DNA from: Pyrinomonadaceae bacterium
GTDB taxonomy: Bacteria; Acidobacteriota; Blastocatellia; Pyrinomonadales; Pyrinomonadaceae
Direction: 5' to 3'
NCBI GenBank assembly: GCA_036560225.1
Contig: DATBRN010000027.1
Location: forward strand, 531-64,530
Length of the DNA: 64,000 nucleotides
Shown: positions 56,739 to 64,000 of the stretch, in pieces
Layout: each line of letters begins with the position of its first letter
Position numbering within the stretch: position 1 is the first letter of the stretch
The notes under the pieces: generated by a model
What the model saw: only the letters and a program-made list of their open reading frames with translations
What the model was told of the DNA's origin: nothing
Databases searched by the model: none
Position numbers and translations under genes: made by a program

Positions 56739-58112
56739 TTACACATTCTTCGCGCAGCGGAAGCCCGAAACCATCCAGCGTTCGTGCGCGTGAAAGAAGT
56801 TGCGGTAGGTCGAGCGAATATGGACCCCCGGTGTCGCGTATGAGCCGCCACGCAGGACTTTTTGGTTGACGAACCACTTATCGTTGTACTCTTCAAACTC
56901 CGATTTGAATCCGGGATAGGGCACGTAGTCTGAAGTCGTCCATTCCCACACGTCGCCGATCATCTGTTGACAGCCATACCTGTTTTGTCCTGCCGGAAAG
57001 GCGCCGATTGGCGCGGGTGCCCAGAGGCCGGTCTCAAACAGGTTTGCTTTAGTCTCGTCGATTCCCTCATTGCCCCAGGGAAAAGCGTTCCTCTCATTAG
57101 TGGTTGGGTCGAAGGTGGCGGCTTTTTCCCATTCAGCCTCGGTCGGCAAACGTTTGCCGGCCCATTTTGCGAACGCGGAAGCCTCAAAAAAACTTACGTG
57201 TGAAACGGGTTCGTTCGCCTTGCTTTCAACCGGATGCAGACCAGAAAAGTCGCGAATCATCCAACTTCCGTCGTAGGGTTCCCAGTAGAGTGGCGCCCGC
57301 CACTGTTCACGATTAACAGTCTCCCAGCCTTCGGAGAACCACCAGCGAAAGTTCTGGTAGCCGCTATCCTGGATAAACGCGAGAAAGTCGCCATTGCTGA
57401 CCAATCTTCGATCAAGAGCGTAATCCTGTAAAAAAACCTGGTGGGCTGGCTTTTCGTTGTCAAAGGCGAAGTCGTAGCTAGAAGGACTGTGCACTGTGGA
57501 CTGTCGACTGTGGACTTGTCTGTCGTAACCAAGCCAATAAAGTCCCCCCTCGATCTCAGCCATGCCTTCGACTTTGACAGCAGACACCGGCGCAGGTTTT
57601 ATCGGCGCTTCATATTGGTCGCACAGCAGGTGCTTGATGTCATAGACCAGCAATTCCTGGTGCTGCATTTCGTGCTCGAGGCCAAGCCGCGCGAGTGATA
57701 AGACTTCATCCGCGTTGGCCGTTTCTTCAATTGAATTCAAAAACGCAAGCATTTGCTCATCAACGTGTTTCCGATACGCAACGGTGTCTTTAACCGTCGG
57801 CCGCGATCGGGTCCCGCGCTTCGGTCGCTCTATTCGTTCGCCGAACCCTTCATAATAGGAATTGAAGTAGAAGAGGTACTCCTCAGAGTAAACCCCGTAG
57901 CCGGGCTGGTAAGTTTGCAGTAGAGTCTCGAAAAACCAGGACGTATGGCCGATATGCCAGCGCGGAGGGCTCATAAACTCCGCCGTCTGTATCACGTAGT
58001 CCTCAATCTCCAGAGGCGCAACGATCTGCATTGTCCGCGCACGCACATCCTTGTAGAGTTCGATAATTGAGCGCGTCTTTGGAACAACGATTTCCCCGAT
58101 TGTAGAAGCCAT
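56739..58112 (-). CDS. egtB: EgtB/OvoA-family sulfoxide synthase (DinB-like N-terminal domain plus FGE-sulfatase-type C-terminal domain)
   Basis: [61 protein letters not shown], and GDVWEWT..RGGSY. It contains an in-frame heptamer array at 57484-57525. Whether the substrate is sulfur or selenium is unknown. Confidence 0.8.
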   Translation of the reverse strand: MASTIGEIVVPKTRSIIELYKDVRARTMQIVAPLEIEDYVIQTAEFMSPPRWHIGHTSWFFETLLQTYQPGYGVYSEEYLFYFNSYYEGFGERIERPKRGTRSRPTVKDTVAYRKHVDEQMLAFLNSIEETANADEVLSLARLGLEHEMQHQELLVYDIKHLLCDQYEAPIKPAPVSAVKVEGMAEIEGGLYWLGYDRQVHSRQSTVHSPSSYDFAFDNEKPAHQVFLQDYALDRRLVSNGDFLAFIQDSGYQNFRWWFSEGWETVNREQWRAPLYWEPYDGSWMIRDFSGLHPVESKANEPVSHVSFFEASAFAKWAGKRLPTEAEWEKAATFDPTTNERNAFPWGNEGIDETKANLFETGLWAPAPIGAFPAGQNRYGCQQMIGDVWEWTTSDYVPYPGFKSEFEEYNDKWFVNQKVLRGGSYATPGVHIRSTYRNFFHAHERWMVSGFRCAKNV

Positions 58113-58121
58113 TACTCTTTC

Positions 58122-59156
58122 CTATGAATTTACTACGATTGAATGTTCACCACGTTCAATAACACGGCCTATTGTCGCGGCTTGAGGATAATTTTCACGC
58201 AGGCGATCAAGCAAGTCATTCGCACGCTCGGGCGAAACGGAGATCAACATACCTCCAGCTGTCTGTGGATCAAAGAATAGCTTAACCAGGTTCTCGTCCA
58301 CTAACCCGTCGACTGCGATGTCTGCACCAATGTATTCACGATTTGTCTTGTCGCCACTTGTTAACATCCCTGCCGCTGCCAGTTCCGACGCGCCATCGAG
58401 TACCGGTACCTTGTCGGGCTCGATTACTATCGTCACCTTGCTGGCGCAGGCCATCTCCCAGGCATGACCGAGGAGGGCGAAACCAGTTACATCAGTAGCG
58501 CCCTTTACGCCAAACTCGCGCATCGCCTCGGCAGCGTATCTGCCGGGCAGCATCATGGTCGCGACAGAAGAGGCAGCAATTGCAGGTGACGTTTTTTCAA
58601 ACTTGATACCTGTTGAGATAACGCCGGTGCCGATGGGTTTCGTCAAGATAATCACGTCCCCGCGTTGTGCACCGGCGTTAGTGGCAATCTTGCGTGGATC
58701 AATTGTGCCGGTTACCGAGTATCCAAACATGATTTGCTGGTTGTCGACGCTGTGTCCGCCAATCAGCGTGACGCCATACTTATTTAAAGTTTCCAATCCA
58801 CCACGCATGATCTCGCCGAGGATCGCCGGATCGACGCCCTTCTTGGGGAAACACGTGATCGCCAGCGCAGTCAGTGGGGTGCCGGCCATCGCCCAGACAT
58901 CGTTAATTGAATTGAGCGCAGCAATCTGACCATACACGAAAGGATCGTCTACGATGGGCGTGAAAAAATCGAGGGTTTGCACGATCGCGAGGTCGTCGCG
59001 CAATCGATACACTCCGGCGTCGTCGGCAGTGTCGAAGCCGACTAAGACATTCTCGTCCTTGGGCTGTGTTGGTAGCCCGCTCAACACCTGAGCGAGTAAG
59101 CTCGGTGACAGCTTAGCCGCTCAACCAGAGCACGAAACCATTTCCGTCAGTCGCAC
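58122..59156 (-). CDS. selD: Selenophosphate synthetase containing selenocysteine (in-frame UGA at 59123-59121)
   Basis: The track ORF (58122-59087) lacks the catalytic N-terminus. Extending upstream through the TGA gives AAGGAG-N8-GTG: [29 protein letters not shown]... This aligns with E. coli [21 protein letters not shown], placing Sec at the Cys17 position and Lys three residues later. Confidence 0.88.
59092..59123 (-). promoter_or_regulatory. UGA Sec codon plus candidate SECIS hairpin immediately downstream
   Basis: The RNA reads UGA GCGGCUAAGCU-GUCACCG-AGCUUACUCGC. That is an 11-position stem with 9 Watson-Crick pairs, 1 G-U pair and 1 C-C mismatch, and a 7-nt loop. Confidence 0.65.
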
Positions 59157-59254
59157 AAACAGTTCTCCTTCGTGTTAGTTGTTCGAACGGTTCAGCGTCG
59201 CATCCGCGATATACTATTGTCAATCCTTGTAATTTATCGTAAGGAAGGTGAAGT

Positions 59255-60265
59255 TTGAGGAGCAAATTGACCATGCGTACACTGTTTCTTCTTGTTTACT
59301 TCATTGTGCTGGGAACTGTTTTGTTCAGCGCTGCACCATGTCTTGCCCAGAATTCCCGTTTGTCTTCCGACCTAACTCGGCACTTCGACTACGACAGGAA
59401 AGCTCCCCTGGGCATTAAAGAAATCGGCGTCGAACGTCGTGGTGACGTTGCCATCCACGACATCACTTACGCCAGTCCGAAAGGCGGTGTCGTACCCGCG
59501 TATCTGGTTGTGCCAAAAGGGAAGGGACCTTTCGCCGCAGTAATCTGGGGACATTGGTATTGGGGAAACTCGCCGATGCGCAATCGGAAGGAGTTTCTTG
59601 ATGAGGCGGTCGCGCTAGCGCCAGCTGGAGTGGTGTCATTGTTAACTGATGGACCAATCGCGCGTCCAGGTCATGTGCAAAACGATGAGCCCTTGAATGA
59701 GCAACAAAATGTTGACTTGGTACAACAAGTAACTGACATGCGCCGCGGTGTTGATCTGTTATTGGTGCGCAAGGATGTTGACCCTAAGCGGATTGCTTAC
59801 GTCGGACACAGCTACAATGCGGTGGTGGGCGCCATCCTGAGCGGAGTCGAGCGGAGGTTCAAGGCTTTTGTGCTGATGGCCGCCACCATGTCGGACGAAG
59901 TTACCATGAAGACGCCGGAATATCAGCAGTATCGGCAGAAGGTAGGGGCGGAAAAGTTTGACGCCTTTGTCGAGAAGTATTCCTGGACCGATCAGGGCAA
60001 GTATGTTTCGCACGCGGCGCCAGCAGTTGTGTTTCTCCAATATGGATCGCAGGAGAAGTTTTTGACTCCAGAGCGAGCGCGCCTATACGCGGCTGTCGTA
60101 AGCGAACCTAAACAATTTGAGTTGTATGACGCGCCGCATGCACTCAACGCTGCGGCCAGACGCGACCGCATCGCCTTTCTCACCGAGCAGCTGAAACTGA
60201 GGCCCCTACCCGCCGCCGTGATTGCAGCCATTCCTGAACTGTACCAACCGCCCGAGCCGAATTAG
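59255..60265 (+). CDS. Secreted alpha/beta hydrolase (dienelactone hydrolase / acetyl esterase-like)
   Basis: Signal peptide, nucleophile-elbow-like VGHSYNA, and the C-terminal YDAPHAL (His) region. The family assignment is approximate. Confidence 0.55.
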   Translation: MRSKLTMRTLFLLVYFIVLGTVLFSAAPCLAQNSRLSSDLTRHFDYDRKAPLGIKEIGVERRGDVAIHDITYASPKGGVVPAYLVVPKGKGPFAAVIWGHWYWGNSPMRNRKEFLDEAVALAPAGVVSLLTDGPIARPGHVQNDEPLNEQQNVDLVQQVTDMRRGVDLLLVRKDVDPKRIAYVGHSYNAVVGAILSGVERRFKAFVLMAATMSDEVTMKTPEYQQYRQKVGAEKFDAFVEKYSWTDQGKYVSHAAPAVVFLQYGSQEKFLTPERARLYAAVVSEPKQFELYDAPHALNAAARRDRIAFLTEQLKLRPLPAAVIAAIPELYQPPEPN

Positions 60266-60277
60266 TCCGCGCGGCTA

Positions 60278-61186
60278 TTGATGACTGACAAAACACGGAT
60301 ACGCATTGGTCCCGCCGGCTGGTCCTACAAGGACTGGGAAGGAATCGTTTATCCCAGGAAGCCGGGTGCGAAGTTTGACCCGCTCGAATATCTCGCCCGC
60401 TTTTTCAATACTATTGAGATTAATAGCAGTTTCTACCGGCCATTCACAGCTTCCACAGCGAATTCCTGGGCCAGTCGCGTCGCTGCCGCCGCCGATTTCT
60501 TGTTTACCGCAAAACTTCACCGTGTTTTTACACATGAACGCGGCAAGGCGACTGCGGAAGATGAGAAGATGGTACGCGAAGGCATGGATGCGCTCAGGAG
60601 TCAGGAGAGGTTGGGAGCAGTATTAATTCAGTTTCCATGGTCGTTCAAGAATACTGACGAGGACCGCCTCTATTTAGCGAAACTGCTCGACCAGTTCAAG
60701 GACTACCCACTGGTGCTAGAGATCAGGCACTCATCGTGGAACAATCCGCAGATCTATGAATGGCTGGAAGAAGTGGGAGTCGGGATCTGCAATGTGGACC
60801 AACCGCTTTTTTCGAGATCTATTAAACCTGCTGCCATCACGACGGCACAAATAGGCTACGTGCGGCTTCACGGTAGAAACTATCAGGACTGGTTCAGGGA
60901 AAAAGCGCCGCGAGATGACCGTTACAATTATCTATATTCACTCGAGGAGTTGGAGCCGTGGATTACAAGGATCAAGGAGATTGCGGCCAGGACGAAGGAG
61001 GCCTATGTGATCACAAACAACCATTTTCGCGGCCAGGCAGTGGTTAACGCGCTTGAGATAAAGTCTACGTTGACGGAAGAACGGGTTCCAGGTCCTGCCC
61101 CGCTGTTTGAGAAGTATCCGGAACTGATTGAATCGGCCACTCCGGAAAGTGAAGTGTCTGAGTCTGAGCCGACTCTTTTCAGCTGA
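60278..61186 (+). CDS. DUF72 family protein (second paralogue)
   Basis: IRIGPAGWSYKDWEGIVYP..EINSSFYRPF..LEIRHSSW. Confidence 0.8.
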   Translation: MMTDKTRIRIGPAGWSYKDWEGIVYPRKPGAKFDPLEYLARFFNTIEINSSFYRPFTASTANSWASRVAAAADFLFTAKLHRVFTHERGKATAEDEKMVREGMDALRSQERLGAVLIQFPWSFKNTDEDRLYLAKLLDQFKDYPLVLEIRHSSWNNPQIYEWLEEVGVGICNVDQPLFSRSIKPAAITTAQIGYVRLHGRNYQDWFREKAPRDDRYNYLYSLEELEPWITRIKEIAARTKEAYVITNNHFRGQAVVNALEIKSTLTEERVPGPAPLFEKYPELIESATPESEVSESEPTLFS

Positions 61187-61203
61187 GTTGAGCTTCGCGA
61201 ACC

Positions 61204-61339
61204 AGCGGGGGCAAGCCCACCTTCCTAACCCTGAGGTAATCTAGCTTGCTCGGTAGTTTTCCATTGAAAGCTGCTCGATCGGCAAATCAATGCTCAACTT
61301 GAGTTAGCTCAGGGTAGGGAAGGTGGGCTTGCCCCCGCT
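61204..61339. repeat. Inverted repeat with arms of 31-32 bp (one 1-nt indel and one mismatch; AGCGGGGGCAAGCCCACCTTCC(C)TAACCCTGAG) around about 72 bp; MITE-like or a bidirectional terminator
   Basis: agcgggggcaagcccaccttcctaaccctgag at 61204-61235 versus ctcagggtagggaaggtgggcttgcccccgct at 61308-61339, followed by TTTTG. It lies between convergent genes. Confidence 0.8.
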
Positions 61340-61355
61340 TTTGTCCAAACTCACT

Positions 61356-61751
61356 CTAACTCGCTGCTTTCTGCGCGATGGTTTGGGCGAACGCAATGGG
61401 CAATCCATCCGGATCAGTACAAACTGCCAGCCTGATCCCCTCTCCCTCTCTCTCCGCAGGAGGCATCACGAACTTAATGCCCTTGGCTTTCAATTCTTCG
61501 TAGGTCTGGTCCACGTTTTCGACGTTGAAACCAATGGAGCAGCTGCCGGCCTGCTTGGTGGGGTCACCGGTCGGAGGGCCTGTCGGAGCAACGCCTCCAC
61601 CGTGAAGGGCCAGGGTTGTGGTTCCAGTTTGAAATTCAGTCCAATCGGGCGATTGAAACTTCAGAGGTATTCCTAGTCTGTCGCGATAAAACTCTACGGA
61701 ACGTTCCATATCAGAAACGACTACCATCGTATAATCGACTTGCTTAAACAT
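61356..61751 (-). CDS. VOC (glyoxalase/bleomycin-resistance/dioxygenase) family protein
   Basis: VDYTMVVVSDMERSVEFYRDRLGIPLKF.. and ..IKFVMPP..DPDGLPI. Confidence 0.75.
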   Translation of the reverse strand: MFKQVDYTMVVVSDMERSVEFYRDRLGIPLKFQSPDWTEFQTGTTTLALHGGGVAPTGPPTGDPTKQAGSCSIGFNVENVDQTYEELKAKGIKFVMPPAEREGEGIRLAVCTDPDGLPIAFAQTIAQKAAS

Positions 61752-61804
61752 ATCTGGCCTCCCTCTTTTGTTGTCTGATATCGCTTGCGAGCTACGCGTA
61801 GCCG

Positions 61805-62260
61805 CTATTTTTTCCTGCTCTTGCCATCTCCGGTCGCTACGAGTATGTCAAACTCGTCTTTAGTTAACGACATCACGGAAAGTTGCGATTGCCTGATCAA
61901 AGGTAGTTGGCTGAGTCGTTTGTCATAACGAATCGCAGCCAGTGGTACGGGGTTCTTGAGAGCCTTAACCGGCTTCAGATCCACAGCTACCCATTGCTCG
62001 TCATCTGCTGTGGGATCGGGATAGGCGCTTTTGACAACCTCGGCCACACCCACCACAGCTTTATCTTTTCCCGAATGATAGAACAGTACCCGCTCGCCTG
62101 TCTTCATTTCTCGTAGGTTATTGCGTGCCTGATAATTTCTAACACCGGTCCAATCAGTTCCGCCGTCGCTGACAAAATCGCTCCAGGAGTAGGTTTCCGG
62201 TTCCTGCTTAACGAGCCAATGGCTGTCCTTTGGTTTGTTTTTCATCTTCATTAGCCTCAT
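61805..62260 (-). CDS. EVE (PUA-like, DUF55) domain protein
   Basis: WLVKQEPETYSWSDF....WTGVRNYQARNNLREMKTGERVLFYHS. Confidence 0.78.
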   Translation of the reverse strand: MRLMKMKNKPKDSHWLVKQEPETYSWSDFVSDGGTDWTGVRNYQARNNLREMKTGERVLFYHSGKDKAVVGVAEVVKSAYPDPTADDEQWVAVDLKPVKALKNPVPLAAIRYDKRLSQLPLIRQSQLSVMSLTKDEFDILVATGDGKSRKK

Positions 62261-62365
62261 CGTTTCTTGCCGGGGGCGTGGCGAGGGCCTAAAATGTGCG
62301 GCCTTTAATAACTCAGTTGTAAGCTTGCAGCTTGCGTTACTACCCTGGAGAACTGGAGTAAGAAC

Positions 62366-62824
62366 ATGCTCAAAGAAGGAACTGTCGCGCCAAACTTCAC
62401 TGCAAACGATGCAAACGGGAAAACCGTTCGGCTCAAGGATCTGCGCGGCCGAAAAGTAGTTCTCTATTTTTACCCCAAAGACGATACGCCTGGATGTACT
62501 AAAGAGGCTTGCTCATTTCGGGATGCGTTCTCTGACTTCAAGAAACGCGGCATCGAGGTGCTGGGCCTATCTGTGGATAGTGAGGCTTCTCACAAGAAAT
62601 TTGCCGCCAAGTATAAACTTCCTTTCACGCTCCTGGCTGACCCGAATCATTCGATCGCAGACTCTTATGGAGTTTACGGCGAGAAGAAGTTCATGGGCCG
62701 CACTTACATGGGCGTAAAGCGGATAACGTTCCTTATTGATGAAAAGGGCAAAATCAAAAAGGTGTTTGAAAAAGTCAAACCGGAAGAGCACGCGCGAGAA
62801 GTTCTCGAGGCCTTTGAAACTTAG
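62366..62824 (+). CDS. bcp: Thioredoxin-dependent peroxiredoxin Bcp
   Basis: KVVLYFYPKDDTPGCTKEACSFRD and RITFLIDEKGKI. Confidence 0.88.
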   Translation: MLKEGTVAPNFTANDANGKTVRLKDLRGRKVVLYFYPKDDTPGCTKEACSFRDAFSDFKKRGIEVLGLSVDSEASHKKFAAKYKLPFTLLADPNHSIADSYGVYGEKKFMGRTYMGVKRITFLIDEKGKIKKVFEKVKPEEHAREVLEAFET

Positions 62825-62848
62825 GTCCTGGAATTTCTCTCGGCAGAT

Positions 62849-63460
62849 CTAGGCTGCCACCCAGCCGCCAATTTTTTCCGGCTCTCCTCCCTCTGGATTT
62901 CTACCCGGCATTAAACCCTGTATCACGCTGAAGGAACTGGGTACGTCCCCTTTGCGTTGCGGGATGTTGAGCGCCTCTTCACGAATTGGTAATTCTGACG
63001 ACTCGTTTATGAAATAATGCCTGTTGTTATCAACTATTTGCGTCTTGATTTCGCGCGTCCACAGGAGCAGATTTGCGAGGGCGTCGCCGATCTCATCTTT
63101 GCCAAGTCGGGTCTCGTGGGCAATCTCCTTTTGAGTACGCGCTCCTTTTCTAATGGCTTCTCTTACACGTTCAACGGGGGAGAGCTTGCTCAACAGTCGT
63201 GTGTAGTTACTTGAAGAAGAAGAATCACGGTCGAGCAGGGACGTGCCCGAATGTTCCGAGAGGGGTTGGTTGACATATCGCTTGCGAGCCGATCTGTATT
63301 CCTTCAGCGCGCGGCGACTCTCGGTCACTTTCTTGCGGATGCAGCTCTTGCAATAGAGGTTTCTTCCATCTTTCCGTGCGCGGCAAACTCCAAATTCCGA
63401 TAAAGGCAACTGTTGCGAACAAATCGGGCAGTTCTTTCCTTGAACATCAAGTTCTTCCAT
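62849..63460 (-). CDS. Hypothetical protein: N-terminal CxxC..CxxC zinc ribbon plus a possible winged-helix region
   Basis: CPICSQQLPLSEFGVCRARKDGRNLYCKSCIRKKV, then REAIRKGARTQKEIAHETRLGKDEIGDALANLLLW. It borders a gene-free AT-rich stretch of 540 bp. Confidence 0.5.
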   Translation of the reverse strand: MEELDVQGKNCPICSQQLPLSEFGVCRARKDGRNLYCKSCIRKKVTESRRALKEYRSARKRYVNQPLSEHSGTSLLDRDSSSSSNYTRLLSKLSPVERVREAIRKGARTQKEIAHETRLGKDEIGDALANLLLWTREIKTQIVDNNRHYFINESSELPIREEALNIPQRKGDVPSSFSVIQGLMPGRNPEGGEPEKIGGWVAA

Positions 63461-64000
63461 CTTTTCGACGCTCCAATCAGACTTCTGACTTAGGGGATCT
63501 TGCTGGAAGAGACACGGCTCTCTGGACAGGAGCTAAGAGTTTATCTCCCGACCGCGGATGGCGTTGAGTGATTGTTGGCGAAGAGTCCCTATTGCAAAAG
63601 GGAAATCGCCTGGGATTGCCTGAGCTTCTTCACTTAGCGAAGGAGGGCTCACAAAAAACCTGATTAGGAATCGCGTAGCAGGTCAGCGGGGCCATTACAA
63701 AACTGATAAGAGCGAGTAACCTACAAACACAATCAAAAAAATCAGGTCCGACTTCAACGCTTCACAGGACAATCAATCGCTTCCAGTAAGGGAGTCGCAT
63801 TATAGTGATCGACAGATTTTTTGCAACCCCTAATTCGATCTAAAGTGGTCCATTTTTGGCAGGAGTCAAATTCATTCCGTTTGTTAAAACATACCGATTT
63901 TTTTGCAACGCAAACAACTCTAGTGCGAGAGGATAGATGATCGTATAAAGAAGAGTCTTAATCATTGAAATTATCCATCGCCGTCGATTCCCCTTCTTGC

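Noticed and set aside
62300-62345. Partial palindrome gtaagcttgcagcttgcgttac upstream of bcp as an OxyR/PerR-type operator
   Set aside because: The symmetry is limited to the 4-nt ends plus a direct GCTTGC repeat, and it matches no operator consensus that I can recall with confidence.

Overview
All calls come from reading the sequence and the ORF track, using motif recognition only. No searches were run.

The window looks like a chromosomal segment of a diderm bacterium. Gene content suggests Acidobacteriota: CarboxypepD_reg-rich secreted proteins, tamB next to bamA, and an EgtB-family enzyme. This taxon guess is low confidence.

I support about 50 protein genes. I saw no rRNA, tRNA, CRISPR/cas or transposase genes.

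**Recognisable genes**
- Regulation and signalling: a Crp/Fnr regulator (partial, missing from the ORF track), two PilZ proteins, a propeller-type histidine kinase with a LuxR-type response regulator, and an AraC regulator.
- Envelope and secretion: S2P protease, lepB, a duplicated beta-barrel outer-membrane protein, and a tamB-bamA-surA-like outer-membrane biogenesis cluster.
- Metabolism: carA, acs, psuG, an M19 dipeptidase, hemW, cmk-ribE-ribBA, an alpha/beta hydrolase, a VOC protein and bcp.
- DNA-associated: HU/IHF and lhr.
- Other: a MazF-type toxin-antitoxin pair with a frameshifted toxin, an AI-2E transporter, two DUF72 proteins, an SmtA-like metallothionein, an ankyrin protein, a 2004-aa alpha-2-macroglobulin, DUF1761, DUF480 and an EVE-domain protein.

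**Most interesting observations**
1. A minus-strand operon runs selD, EgtB-family sulfoxide synthase, DNPH1-like N-glycosidase, DUF480.
   - selD carries an in-frame UGA (selenocysteine) followed by a hairpin. The ORF track truncates the gene there.
   - selD stops 9 nt before the EgtB-like start codon.
   - This resembles the selenoneine senC/senA pairing but lacks a SenB-type enzyme. It is a candidate variant organoselenium pathway.
2. The repeat load is very heavy and has unusual architecture.
   - Two loci carry head-to-head tandem arrays that share a roughly 40-nt core.
   - MITE-like elements have perfect 23-bp terminal inverted repeats.
   - REP-like hairpins are scattered through intergenic DNA.
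   - Many tandem arrays of strict 7-nt period sit at gene boundaries.
   - Several repeats lie in frame inside coding regions (lhr, the EgtB-like gene, the cmk tail and the SurA-like signal peptide).
3. The alpha-2-macroglobulin has three inserted pseudopilin-G-like (DPWGxPY) modules.
4. A low-GC two-gene module encodes a TM protein and a gamma-glutamylcyclotransferase-like protein.
5. The GTP cyclohydrolase II half of RibBA has lost all three zinc-ligand cysteines.
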